From the IMG/VR virus record IMGVR_UViG_2778261679_000001: a DNA stretch of 53,854 nucleotides; one strand, written 5' to 3'. Made by a program: the position numbers and the translations under genes. Source of the DNA: an uncultured virus (IMG/VR IMGVR_UViG_2778261679_000001). Taxonomy: Duplodnaviria > Heunggongvirae > Uroviricota > Caudoviricetes. Below the pieces are notes generated by a model. It made no database searches and was not told the DNA's origin. It worked only from the letters and a program-made list of their open reading frames with translations. This document shows, one piece after another, positions 20,685 to 30,958 of this stretch (its first letter is position 1; every line of letters starts with the position of its first letter).

Positions 20685-20858
20685 ATGAAAAAAACTATTA
20701 TGGCTACCAATAAAAATAATGGCAATAAGATTGTTTCTCGACACTGCTACAATACTGTTGTAGATCGCATGCAAGACATCGTTGTCAATGAAGCAGCTCG
20801 AATTATTGGTAATTCTGAGGACGTAGAAATCACTATTACTGATAAAATTGAATTTTAA
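20685..20858 (+). CDS. hypothetical protein
   Basis: GAGG RBS; fused promoter at 20619-20647. Confidence 0.7.
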   Translation: MKKTIMATNKNNGNKIVSRHCYNTVVDRMQDIVVNEAARIIGNSEDVEITITDKIEF

Positions 20859-20967
20859 TTTAAACTAGATTCAAAAGAAAAAGTCGTGTTTTTACACGGC
20901 TTTTTTATTGCTTTTTATTCTTGTTTTATATATAATGATACTATTCTAAACAACAGAGAGAAACACA

Positions 20968-21360
20968 ATGGAAATCATTGCAATTTCGAATCAACTAGCC
21001 GATTTCTCAGTAGATCGCCCTTGTTTGAAACAAACGGTAAAAGCGATTATCGTTACACAAGATGGTCAAAGAATTCTTGGTAGTAATGCCATCAACAATG
21101 ACGTTGATGTTTGTCCACGAGTTGTTGAAAATATGCCTACTGGCGAAGGTTATCACCTTTGTAAAGATGTATGTAACCAAAATGAACATGCCGAAGTAAC
21201 CGCACTTCAAAATGCAAAAGCTGCAGGTGTTGACGTTCAAGGTGCTACGCTTTACATTACTGGTCATACATATTTCTGTGACAATTGCCAAAATGAAATG
21301 CGTAAGGCAGGTATCAAAGAAGCGGTTTGTCTGGATTCTGATATTAAACATTCATTTTAA
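20968..21360 (+). CDS. dCMP/cytidine deaminase-family protein
   Basis: HAE and CDNC zinc motifs; GATLYITG. Confidence 0.8.
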   Translation: MEIIAISNQLADFSVDRPCLKQTVKAIIVTQDGQRILGSNAINNDVDVCPRVVENMPTGEGYHLCKDVCNQNEHAEVTALQNAKAAGVDVQGATLYITGHTYFCDNCQNEMRKAGIKEAVCLDSDIKHSF

Positions 21361-21374
21361 AGGTCGTTTTAAAA

Positions 21375-21698
21375 ATGAAAAAGCAAGTTTTCATTCCTTG
21401 TAAATATCCTGAATTGCTGCATTATTATGTAAGATACGGCAATTCTTTTGTTGATAAAAATTCTGAAAAAGAAGTTTATGAAAGATTTCGTGAATTTATG
21501 ATCGCATTAGGTATTGAAGTAGAAGACGTTAGAGATGGCTCACCTTATCTTTGTTTTTCTGACAATACTGTTTATCATTATGACGAACCAAATAAGTATT
21601 GGGTTCAAGCCCTTGCAGGTGTCGGTTATAAAAGTACTGACAAACAAATCAAAACTCTTGAAGATTTAGATAGATTTAAGAAATTAATTGGTAAATAA
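21375..21698 (+). CDS. hypothetical protein
   Basis: ORF with AAGG RBS. Confidence 0.7.
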   Translation: MKKQVFIPCKYPELLHYYVRYGNSFVDKNSEKEVYERFREFMIALGIEVEDVRDGSPYLCFSDNTVYHYDEPNKYWVQALAGVGYKSTDKQIKTLEDLDRFKKLIGK

Positions 21699-21775
21699 TT
21701 GTTTTAAAATTTGCTTAATTATCTTCGTTTTGCTATAATTATCTTACTTTAAAACAACAGCTTAAAGGTGTATTT

Positions 21776-22102
21776 ATGAAAACAGAAATTAAAAACTTTA
21801 TCCTAAATGTTCTTGTAATTGGTGAAGATTACAGTGATAGTGGCGAACCTGAATATTCAGGGCGTGGCATGTATGGTGAAACAACTGATGCTATCAAAAC
21901 AGAAGACCGCAACGAGATCAATGACGCTATCCAAGCACACATTGAAGATAACTACGAAGATAATGTAGTTGAAGAACTTGAAGAACTTGGACTAATCAAC
22001 ACTGTATGGGATAAAAGCGATTCTGACTTTGAAGTCGAAGGTGAACTTTACGAAGTAAACCTACGTCGAGACAATCTTGGACTTGGCTATATCCACTATT
22101 AA
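21776..22102 (+). CDS. acidic phage protein with YSGRGMYG motif
   Basis: YSGRGMYG...DNLGLGYIHY. Confidence 0.75.
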   Translation: MKTEIKNFILNVLVIGEDYSDSGEPEYSGRGMYGETTDAIKTEDRNEINDAIQAHIEDNYEDNVVEELEELGLINTVWDKSDSDFEVEGELYEVNLRRDNLGLGYIHY

Positions 22103-22203
22103 AAAAACAATTAAAGGCAGGTTCTTCCTGCCTTTTTTATTGACTTTAATTCAAAATTTTATTAATATATACCCATACCTTAAAGACATAAAGAGATAAA
22201 GAA

Positions 22204-22488
22204 ATGACTCAGCAATCAGAAACTATTAAAGTCGAAGAAGCAACTTTTAGTAATTATGCTACAAACAAAGAAATTGCAGTAAATATTTCATTTCCTTATG
22301 TAAATCAAACTATTTTTGATTCAATTGAAGTTCACGATGATATTGATAACTACTTTTTCGAACAAGCAGAAAAAGGCAATATGTCTGGTGAAAAAGAAAT
22401 CTACTGTCGTCGTAACGACTCTAATTTTACTATGAAATGGGAAATTACTGTCTACTGTGATGCAGAAGACGAAGACGACGAAGAATAA
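22204..22488 (+). CDS. hypothetical acidic protein
   Basis: ORF with promoter. Confidence 0.7.
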   Translation: MTQQSETIKVEEATFSNYATNKEIAVNISFPYVNQTIFDSIEVHDDIDNYFFEQAEKGNMSGEKEIYCRRNDSNFTMKWEITVYCDAEDEDDEE

Positions 22489-22581
22489 TCTTTTAATAAA
22501 CCGAAAAAGATAATTTTCATTGCTTTTAAAATCAATATTTGATATGGTTCTTTTATCAAATCTAAACTTAAAAGGTTTTGT

Positions 22582-23235
22582 ATGGCTTCCATAATGGTAT
22601 TAAACGAAAAAGGTTTTTTAACTGAAACCAAGTTCTATGACCCTATCTCTCCTGAAATGGTTGGTCAAGTTGTTAATACTCATTATAACGAGAATTTAAT
22701 TCTTGTTGGTTACACAGAACCTAATAATGAAAATTCAATTCTTCTCTCTGGACAAGTTCTAACAAAAGAGCAATTGCAAAATCGTATTAACAAATCATAC
22801 GGTTCGCTACTTAGTTCTATTGCCAGTATTCCAGAAAAAGATTATTTTTTATTAGACCTAAGATTAACTGGTTGTGATCAGCCTTCATATCTCAGATTGT
22901 GTGAAGCAATTCTTTTAGTTACCGATCCTGATTTTGTCTTTAAAAAATCAATAACGCACGAGAAACACATTATTAGCTTACTTAATGAGACTAAAATGCT
23001 TCTTATTGCGGCTTCTCCATTGTTCTTAGATAAAGACAATAACACTTATGAGCGTAATTGGTTCTTTTCTGTTAAACGAACCCTATCAGCGATTAGAGAT
23101 ATTGTAGAGTATGAAACGATTGAAGGTTCTGATTATGAGCTAGTCAACTCAATGATGAGCAGTTTTAACGCTGTTTTGTTCGGCACTTTTCAGCCCGATA
23201 ATTCTTACTTTGAAAAAGACGATAAATATTTTTAA
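22582..23235 (+). CDS. hypothetical protein
   Basis: 217-aa ORF. Confidence 0.75.
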   Translation: MASIMVLNEKGFLTETKFYDPISPEMVGQVVNTHYNENLILVGYTEPNNENSILLSGQVLTKEQLQNRINKSYGSLLSSIASIPEKDYFLLDLRLTGCDQPSYLRLCEAILLVTDPDFVFKKSITHEKHIISLLNETKMLLIAASPLFLDKDNNTYERNWFFSVKRTLSAIRDIVEYETIEGSDYELVNSMMSSFNAVLFGTFQPDNSYFEKDDKYF

Positions 23236-23303
23236 ACCTTGATTTTTTATAATCTTTTTGTTATCATTTGTTTTATCGAATTGAGGCATTTTAAGGCTAT
23301 AAC

Positions 23304-23762
23304 ATGAATACTAAAAATCTTTTTCCAAAAGGCATTGTTAAAACGACATTTAGTTCAAGCGGTGCAATTGTTGTAGACATCCCGAAGAAAATTAAAATGA
23401 TTAAAGCTTTTCGTTGCCAATTGGATAACTTAGGTTTTATTGTCTCTGGCTCAGACGTTATTTCTTCAAGAAAGCCTATCAGTCAACTTATTAATGCTCA
23501 AATCAATAAATCTGACAGTAGTTATCAGGAAGACCGAAAATACCACAATGCTAGACAAAGCATGTATCGTTATATTCAAAATCCTGAAAAACTTCATAAA
23601 GACCATAAGACATTAGGCAATTTCTTTAAAGCGATTGACGAAGTTTACAAAACAGGTGATTCTAAATCTGCTTCTGCTCATGTTGTTGTTTTAAATCGTA
23701 TATTTAGAAAAAACAAAGGTGAAGCACTTTATAAAAAAATTGAAGAGCTTAAAGGCTTTTAA
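23304..23762 (+). CDS. hypothetical basic protein
   Basis: 152-aa ORF. Confidence 0.75.
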   Translation: MNTKNLFPKGIVKTTFSSSGAIVVDIPKKIKMIKAFRCQLDNLGFIVSGSDVISSRKPISQLINAQINKSDSSYQEDRKYHNARQSMYRYIQNPEKLHKDHKTLGNFFKAIDEVYKTGDSKSASAHVVVLNRIFRKNKGEALYKKIEELKGF

Positions 23763-23830
23763 TTCTTGATTTTTAAAACACATTGCCGTAAAATTATTGT
23801 TTTACGGTAATACTTTATTTAAGGTTTTCT

Positions 23831-24439
23831 ATGATTGTTTTTAAAAACAAAAATGATAAACTCAATCGTCTTAATGAAATGAGACTGCTTACGTTCTCTC
23901 TCCAACTATCAGACTATTATATTGGTCAAGAAAATCTTAATCTTGAAATCTCATTTGAAGAACTTGCTTTTCATAGTTATGCAATGGTTGGTTTTGATTC
24001 AAAAAACGAGACTTTTTGTATTTCTATTAACAACCGTATATTAGATTATTTCTTTCTTGCACTTCAAGCAGTATCACATGAGTTTATCCATATCAAACAA
24101 CGTTTGGACGGTAGACTTACACAACCAATGAAACACTTACCCCATATTCTTTGTTGGCAAGATTCGCCCAACTCGAAGCCTGAGTTTTATCAGAACGTTG
24201 ATTCAATAGAGAACAATGAGGCTTATTTGAACCTACCTTGGGAAAAAGAAGCATTTGCTGAAATGGATAACCTTTGTTATAAGATTCAATCTCAATTCAC
24301 AGATAAACAACTTAAATTTGGTTTATTCAAGATTTATGATTACTTCTTTAATCAAAATGATAAAATACTAAATCGTCTAAAAAAAGATTACAATATCACT
24401 TTAAGAGAATATCTAAGTCTTTATTCTTTAATTAACTAA
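23831..24439 (+). CDS. HExxH metallopeptidase-like protein
   Basis: SHEFIHIKQ...YLNLPWEKEA. Confidence 0.65.
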   Translation: MIVFKNKNDKLNRLNEMRLLTFSLQLSDYYIGQENLNLEISFEELAFHSYAMVGFDSKNETFCISINNRILDYFFLALQAVSHEFIHIKQRLDGRLTQPMKHLPHILCWQDSPNSKPEFYQNVDSIENNEAYLNLPWEKEAFAEMDNLCYKIQSQFTDKQLKFGLFKIYDYFFNQNDKILNRLKKDYNITLREYLSLYSLIN

Positions 24440-24448
24440 CCTTGTATA

Positions 24449-25063
24449 GTGAGACATAATATGATTACTCAACAACAAAATATTAATTTACTTCAATACA
24501 TTTTCAACAAACTTAAGATAATGCTTCCTGCATCTTATTACATTTCAAAACACAAAACTATCTTTAAAAAAGTTAAGCATGATTTAAAATATGAAGATAT
24601 GAGTTGCGAAGAACTAACCACGTTTTCTAAAATCTCTGGATTTTTAAAATCATTTCAAGAGGCATTAGATGATTATAAAATAAACTATAAAAAAATTGCT
24701 TTACAAAAATACATGCAATATTCTTTGTTTGAAATGGAAAGACACGAATACTATGATTTCTTTTTTAAAAAATACATTGATTTTGACAAAGAGTATACAC
24801 TTAAAGAATTTACGGATTTAATGAATAAAGAATCATTTTTGAATATTATTCAATTCGAATCTGAAATACGAAAGCTTATACCCGTAGAAACAAAGAATCT
24901 GCGAGAAAAACAAAAAGACATTGAAAACTTTAACATTGATTATCTTATTGATAGTTTCCTAACTTTTGTTGACTCAGAAGGTATTCAAGATAATGTTCGA
25001 GTTATGCGAAGAGGAACAGAAGGTTCTGAATCTATTTTTGTTTTCTTAAAGTTTAACTCTTAG
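24449..25063 (+). CDS. hypothetical protein
   Basis: 204-aa ORF; start may be 24461. Confidence 0.7.
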   Translation: MRHNMITQQQNINLLQYIFNKLKIMLPASYYISKHKTIFKKVKHDLKYEDMSCEELTTFSKISGFLKSFQEALDDYKINYKKIALQKYMQYSLFEMERHEYYDFFFKKYIDFDKEYTLKEFTDLMNKESFLNIIQFESEIRKLIPVETKNLREKQKDIENFNIDYLIDSFLTFVDSEGIQDNVRVMRRGTEGSESIFVFLKFNS

Positions 25064-25272
25064 TCCTATCAGCTTTACAGCGATCCTTTCGTGATCGCTG
25101 TTTTACTTTAAAATACATTAAAATAATTTATTTTACATTTTTATTTAAAAATAAAGTAAAAAAACTTGTTATTTCCCTTATTTTTGCTATTATAAATACA
25201 TAGTCAAGAGGGCATTACATTGACTCTTTGACTTAAATAACTAATTTTTGTTTTTTTGAAAAGGTATGTATT

Positions 25273-25485
25273 ATGAAAAAAGTTATTGAAACCCTAGCTG
25301 CAGCAGTAGAGAAAAGCGCAACCGTTGATACTGTTCAAACCCTTTACCCACAACTTAGCAATAAAGCAGCCGATATCGTTCTTACTGATGTTATTGATTA
25401 TTTAAATAAAGAGATTAACCTAGATCAACTAGCAATGTTCCTAATGAATCAAGGTATTCAAGAAACAGAAAAACAAGTCGCTTAA
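25273..25485 (+). CDS. hypothetical protein
   Basis: Downstream of CATAGTCAAG-type promoter. Confidence 0.75.
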   Translation: MKKVIETLAAAVEKSATVDTVQTLYPQLSNKAADIVLTDVIDYLNKEINLDQLAMFLMNQGIQETEKQVA

Positions 25486-25592
25486 CTCTAACCTATTTTT
25501 AACAAAACCCTTTGCTTTGCAGAGGGTTTTTTTATTGTATTCTTATTCGTTTTCGTTTATAATTACTCTATTCCTAACCAAGAGGCTTAAAA

Positions 25593-25859
25593 ATGAAAGC
25601 AACAATTTGTCGTATTCCACGAATCGAAATCACCGATCTTCTCAATGCCTTCTCAGAAGCGACAGGTAAAGATTATGAAGAAATCGAACAAGTCTTTTTT
25701 GAGTGTAATATCTATCCACAGAATGGCTTCAAACCTAGTTTCTCAATCAAGAATAAGATTCGAGTAACAAAAGAAAATTGTCCTTTCTGGTTAGAGCAAG
25801 CCTTTAAAGAGCTTTTCAAGGATAATGACCTTAAAGAACTTATCATTGTTGAAGATTAA
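25593..25859 (+). CDS. hypothetical protein
   Basis: GAGG RBS. Confidence 0.75.
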   Translation: MKATICRIPRIEITDLLNAFSEATGKDYEEIEQVFFECNIYPQNGFKPSFSIKNKIRVTKENCPFWLEQAFKELFKDNDLKELIIVED

Positions 25860-25931
25860 AATAAATACTTGTTATTTGTTTTAGTCTTTGATATAATTTT
25901 TATTCTTTCTTAATCAATAGGTATTTTTTAA

Positions 25932-26426
25932 ATGAAAAACGTTAGTATCTTTCAGCAACCAAAATTAGAACGCATTACAGAACTTGTAGGTTCAAATTTT
26001 CACAGTGATTCAAAGTTTCTTTTTCCAGAAATCTTTGAAATGATTCAAGATACAAAAGAATTGCTTACTAGTTCTACTGGTGAAGAGGCTTTTAATCTTC
26101 AAAATCGTATCCTTGCTTCACTTAATTATTTCGCTAATGAGTACAAAGGTGAAGTTGACGTATTAATTAGCTTAGAAAAAGAAGATCCTGACGGTTTTCC
26201 TGTTCGTGTTATCCAAGATGAATCTTCTCGTGCTCACTTACGAAAACTTATTGAAGTTTACGTTGCATTCTCTCTTTGTGAAGACGGAATACATGAGGCG
26301 TTTTTACCTGCTCTAAAACTCCAAGACACAGAAGACCGCCTTTACAGTAATCCTGATTGGATGAAAAGAGCATTTGATAACTTTAAATTTATTGGTGTTT
26401 ACTACCTTGTAGAACGTAAGTATTAA
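25932..26426 (+). CDS. hypothetical protein
   Basis: 164-aa ORF. Confidence 0.75.
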   Translation: MKNVSIFQQPKLERITELVGSNFHSDSKFLFPEIFEMIQDTKELLTSSTGEEAFNLQNRILASLNYFANEYKGEVDVLISLEKEDPDGFPVRVIQDESSRAHLRKLIEVYVAFSLCEDGIHEAFLPALKLQDTEDRLYSNPDWMKRAFDNFKFIGVYYLVERKY

Positions 26427-26524
26427 TTGATTAATTTTTAAAAATAAACAAAAAAGCCCTAGTTTTTTAGTTAGGGCTTTGTTATAATTGCCCTATCTTA
26501 AATAGTAAATGGAACGAACTTGTT

Positions 26525-27046
26525 ATGTCTAAACAAGAAACAAAAAAACAAATCCCACTTGTCGAACTTGAAAAAAATATTCGTGAAGTGTTTGGCGTAT
26601 CTGCAATGATTCGAATCACAACCCTTGCTGTATCTGTTGAATATAAAGGTGTTCAATTTACTGTCAAACCTATGAAAGATACAAAGGTAAAAGCCGAATT
26701 TTTAGGTCAAGAAAAAGAACATTCATTGTTAACTATTAAGCAAATTCTTGACGTAATGAACGACGACGAAGCAGAAATCACTCCTAAAAGCAAGAAAACA
26801 GAGTTTAATTTTAGTTTTGAAAATGATTTATCTGCTGTTGCTGTTGTTTATGAACGAGAAAATCGAAGTTCTACTGTTATTTATATTCAAAATTCATTTC
26901 AAGAAATTTACCTTGAATCAGAATACGAATATATGCTTTCTGAAAAACAGATCGAAACACTTGTTAAAAAAGGCTTTAAAAAGTGTGAAAATATGAGACA
27001 CGCACCGTCTAAATATGGTGAAGATATACCAACAATTGAAGATTAA
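26525..27046 (+). CDS. hypothetical protein
   Basis: 173-aa ORF. Confidence 0.75.
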   Translation: MSKQETKKQIPLVELEKNIREVFGVSAMIRITTLAVSVEYKGVQFTVKPMKDTKVKAEFLGQEKEHSLLTIKQILDVMNDDEAEITPKSKKTEFNFSFENDLSAVAVVYERENRSSTVIYIQNSFQEIYLESEYEYMLSEKQIETLVKKGFKKCENMRHAPSKYGEDIPTIED

Positions 27047-27143
27047 ATATTGTTTTAAAAAGGGCTTTAAGCCCTTTTTTTGTTGCTTTTTTTATCTTTT
27101 CTTGTTAATATACTTTTGTTTAAAAAATCATTCGAGGTTTATC

Positions 27144-27596
27144 ATGAAAATTGGACAAAAAGTTTTTACTACATTTTATAATAAAATGAATAGAAAAGGT
27201 GTTGTTTGTGGTGAACCTAAAAAAAATGTCTATTCTGAAGATTTTAACGTTACAGAAGAAACTCAAATCCCTGTTCTTTTTGATTGTGGGACTACTGAAA
27301 ATATCAACCTTAATTTTCTTATTGCATATGAAGATTGTTCTCAGCTACCAGAACAATATATCTTACCCTCGTCACTAAATCTCCAAATTAGAAAATCAGA
27401 AATTGAAACAATAAAAGATGCTCAAAAAATTGTCAAACTAGAATCTATATACAGTGGTGATAATTTACCCAACATTAAAAGAACCTATCAGGGAACTAAA
27501 ATCCTTTGTGAAAAGTTGTCGGTAGATTTCTTGGAAAAAATCAAGCATCTTGGTTATGATTTAGCAAATGATGTTTATTCTTTCAATGAAGATTAA
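27144..27596 (+). CDS. hypothetical protein
   Basis: Start moved to the ATG after GAGG RBS. Confidence 0.7.
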   Translation: MKIGQKVFTTFYNKMNRKGVVCGEPKKNVYSEDFNVTEETQIPVLFDCGTTENINLNFLIAYEDCSQLPEQYILPSSLNLQIRKSEIETIKDAQKIVKLESIYSGDNLPNIKRTYQGTKILCEKLSVDFLEKIKHLGYDLANDVYSFNED

Positions 27597-27647
27597 CAAT
27601 AAATTTTTCTGTTCTAAACATTTATAATTTTTATCCAAGGTGATTTT

Positions 27648-27944
27648 ATGCCAAAACATAAGCTTTTTTGTTTTAACTGCAGAACTACAAAAAGAACGCT
27701 TCAAATTGCTTGCACAAATTATGAATTAAGTCGCCCTTCAAATATTTGTCAGCATTGTCATGAAGAAATGTTTCTATCTTACAACTATCCAACTCCTAAA
27801 AAAAATGACGATAAAGGTTGGCGAAATCTAGAACGAACTATTTATCGTATCCTTAGAAAAAATGAAGTTAGTGAAGCTTGGAGCAATACAAACTATGTCA
27901 GAAATAAAATGAGAGATGAAGAAATGAAATATCGAACAAAATAA
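27648..27944 (+). CDS. Zn-ribbon protein
   Basis: CFNC...CQHC...PKKNDDKGW. Confidence 0.7.
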   Translation: MPKHKLFCFNCRTTKRTLQIACTNYELSRPSNICQHCHEEMFLSYNYPTPKKNDDKGWRNLERTIYRILRKNEVSEAWSNTNYVRNKMRDEEMKYRTK

Positions 27945-28005
27945 TTGTTTTTTTCTGTTTTAATTGCTAATATTATTACTCACTTTAAAAATTAAAGGTA
28001 TCCAA

Positions 28006-28173
28006 ATGAAAACTGTTCAATTTAAAAACATTGCTGTCGGAGACTTTTTCAAAGAGCAAAATTGTAACGTATGGCAAATGAAAACAAGTAGCACGACTGC
28101 TTTGTATCATTCAAATGGTATTACTGGCGAACCACGCTTTAATCCAGAAGAATCGGTTTTAGTCGAAGCCTAA
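28006..28173 (+). CDS. hypothetical protein
   Basis: AAGG RBS. Confidence 0.65.
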   Translation: MKTVQFKNIAVGDFFKEQNCNVWQMKTSSTTALYHSNGITGEPRFNPEESVLVEA

Positions 28174-28261
28174 TTTCTCTACTTTAAAGAAAAACCTTGC
28201 TTTTAAAGCAGGGTTTTTTTATTATAGATACTCTTGAAAAGCAGCGATAGTGAGATTCAAA

Positions 28262-28561
28262 ATGAAAAAACTTAGCCTTGAAAATATTGAACTTCCGACA
28301 GGTCCTGATTTTAACTTTAATCCAAAAACAAAAGAACTCATCGAATCAACTCAAACTGCACCTATTCGACTAGTTGACGGCACTATCGTTTGTGGTGATA
28401 ACAGTGGTAACAATCAATATTGGTTTGATTACTATGGTGAACTTCAACATGGCTGCACTTGGATTCGTGAAGACTTAGAAAAGTGGGCTATTGATAACTT
28501 TGGCAAAAATTCATACTGGGAATGGGAAAATCCTGAAATGCTATCTCTGGTTGTCGATTAA
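28262..28561 (+). CDS. hypothetical protein
   Basis: ORF after fused promoter 28197-28225. Confidence 0.7.
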   Translation: MKKLSLENIELPTGPDFNFNPKTKELIESTQTAPIRLVDGTIVCGDNSGNNQYWFDYYGELQHGCTWIREDLEKWAIDNFGKNSYWEWENPEMLSLVVD

Positions 28562-28722
28562 ATCTTTAACAAAGCCTTGCTGCGGCAGGGCTTTGCCACT
28601 CTAATTTCCTTAAAAATAAAACAAAAAAAGACTTGCTTTTAGAATCAATTTTTTGTATTATATCTCCATAGTCAAGGGGCAGTTAGCCACCTTAAATTGA
28701 AAATCCAAATAGGAATTAAATC

Positions 28723-29064
28723 ATGAAAAACGTATTCGGCACAGAAAAAACAGTTCTTAATAATGATCTAACTCTTGTTGAAGCATTGGCACTACTTTCA
28801 GGTGACGCAGTGGAGGTTCTTCAAAAGGTTCTTTTGGATATTGACGCAGAAGATTTGGCTAAATCGTCTAATCTAGACGCTCGTGGTTCTCGCATCGACA
28901 GTGAAGAATTTCAAACTGACGCTATCGAAGAACTTAAAGAAAGCGGTCTAGTCCTTGTTCACGAAGACAGCACAGAAGACGTTTCTTTTATGTCTACGAA
29001 CAAAGACGTTTGGTATGCTGCAATCAATGCAAAAGTTTATGAAACATTTGACCTATGTCCATAA
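28723..29064 (+). CDS. hypothetical acidic protein
   Basis: Downstream of CATAGTCAAG-type promoter. Confidence 0.75.
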   Translation: MKNVFGTEKTVLNNDLTLVEALALLSGDAVEVLQKVLLDIDAEDLAKSSNLDARGSRIDSEEFQTDAIEELKESGLVLVHEDSTEDVSFMSTNKDVWYAAINAKVYETFDLCP

Positions 29065-29132
29065 TCTTTAACTGTAATTAATTTAACAAAGCCTCTTGTG
29101 AGGCTTTGTTTTTATATTTCTTGGAGAATTTT

Positions 29133-29558
29133 ATGGTTGTTTTTTATATTTTTTCATTAGGTTTCATTCTTATTTCTCTTTATCTCTTTTCTTTAAGATT
29201 TGATCCTATGCAAAAAGAAAAAGACGAAATTAATAAAGGAAAATCAAAAGAAAAAACAATTGCTCTTTTTGATAAAGCAAACAATGCCCTTTCTGAGAAA
29301 GAGAAAGAAATTGCCATAGAAACAATGCGAAAAATTGTATCTAACGAACTAAAAAGAAATCGTTTATCTGAAACTGTTATTTCTCATGTTAGCTTTCTTT
29401 CTAAATTTGAAAATAAAGATGCTTTTATTTATGCCCAATGCAAAACAAGATGTTTTGAAGAGCATTATCATAAACTTTTTTGTGACCCTCGAATTACTCA
29501 TTATGATAGGTTTTATCTTAAATTACACCCTACATTCATGAGTTCGTTTCTGGCTTAA
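29133..29558 (+). CDS. N-terminal TM hypothetical protein
   Basis: GGAG RBS; hydrophobic N-terminus. Confidence 0.65.
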   Translation: MVVFYIFSLGFILISLYLFSLRFDPMQKEKDEINKGKSKEKTIALFDKANNALSEKEKEIAIETMRKIVSNELKRNRLSETVISHVSFLSKFENKDAFIYAQCKTRCFEEHYHKLFCDPRITHYDRFYLKLHPTFMSSFLA

Positions 29559-29652
29559 CTATCTTTGTTCATTTTTTTGTTCAAAAATAATGAACATTAA
29601 AATAAAATGAACATTAATAATAAAAGTCACAATACTTTGTAACTTTTATTTT

Positions 29653-30828
29653 TTATCTTACCCAAGTTTTCCAATTATAAAAAGACGCTGTGTTTTGTCT
29701 GTATCCACAACTCGGAGAAGTTATTCTATTTTGCCAATTTTTTTCTCCTTGACAGCCTTCCCTAAACAAATCGTCACTTAGTGTTCTTTCACTACAAGTA
29801 CCATATATTGTTCCATTTGATTTTATAAATCTCAGACAAGTATGAACACCATAGATACCTTTTATTTCATAATCACTTATTTTATGAGTTTGATACCAAG
29901 GATTCTGGCTCTCGTCTGAATATGTTAAGCCTGACTCTGTTGTTCCACCATTAGGTAAATCACACCTTACATGACCACGATAAGCCGTTGTAAAATGACA
30001 GTTTTGAAGATTGTAAGGGTTAGAATGTCCACTTCCAGTATAAACTACTTGATAGCTGCTTATTCCTACTGTTGCCAAGGTTTCACCTGAAACACCAGTG
30101 TTTGTAAAACTTGTCATTTTAATATGATTTTTGTATAAGCCAGTCTCACCTTCATATATATTTCTTGATTCAGTAAATTCTATTGTCTTTCTGTTATCAA
30201 CATGAGTCAAAAATGGTGTCTCCATATCAACAAACTTAAATACATCTTCGTAAAGATGACCATTTGTTTTATCGTAAGCTTCACCATACGCTCTCATTTC
30301 TTGATCTGTTGTGTTCTGGTTTATTGTCCCTGAATTTATCAGTGTCCAACCACCACCATCATAATCCATGTCACAATATACTTCAAATGGTGTGTCTATT
30401 CCTGTTAAATGATAAACACCAGAACCAGTAGAAAAACCGTTGTTGAGAATATCTTTGCAACTACTTTCTGTATGTGTTCCTTTTGCCGTGTATTTTTGTT
30501 CTATTTCTATATCTTTAGTTTCTTCTTTTGTGCTTATTATTTCTTCTGAACCATCACCATAAAATCGAGTTTTGGTCATCGTTCTTTTTTCTGTTTGAAT
30601 ACAATCATCGGTTTGTAAAAAATCATGCTGATAATAAATTACATTTGGGTTTAATTGAGATACGCAAGAATGAATACTATCTACCGACCATTCTGTATAT
30701 TCTGTTTTATCAGTAAAGATATCTACATCATAACTAACCTTATCTGATTTTATTACCACGTTAAATTCATTTGCATAAGTGATTGACATAAATCCTGTTA
30801 TTGCCAATATTAATAGACGTTTTTTCAT
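29653..30828 (-). CDS. secreted protein with fibrinogen-like (FReD N-subdomain) motif
   Basis: Signal peptide MKKRLLILA; SCKDIL...SGVY...VYCDM..DGGGWTL. Confidence 0.7.
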   Translation of the reverse strand: MKKRLLILAITGFMSITYANEFNVVIKSDKVSYDVDIFTDKTEYTEWSVDSIHSCVSQLNPNVIYYQHDFLQTDDCIQTEKRTMTKTRFYGDGSEEIISTKEETKDIEIEQKYTAKGTHTESSCKDILNNGFSTGSGVYHLTGIDTPFEVYCDMDYDGGGWTLINSGTINQNTTDQEMRAYGEAYDKTNGHLYEDVFKFVDMETPFLTHVDNRKTIEFTESRNIYEGETGLYKNHIKMTSFTNTGVSGETLATVGISSYQVVYTGSGHSNPYNLQNCHFTTAYRGHVRCDLPNGGTTESGLTYSDESQNPWYQTHKISDYEIKGIYGVHTCLRFIKSNGTIYGTCSERTLSDDLFREGCQGEKNWQNRITSPSCGYRQNTASFYNWKTWVR

Positions 30829-30958
30829 AAAATTCCTTTTTAATACATTCATCTTTAACATATTACATTTAAAACATAATAAGGCAAGCTTGTTCATTTA
30901 TTCATTTGTTTATTTTGCTTTAAAAATAAATAAAAAAAAACTCCTTTCGGAGTCTTTT

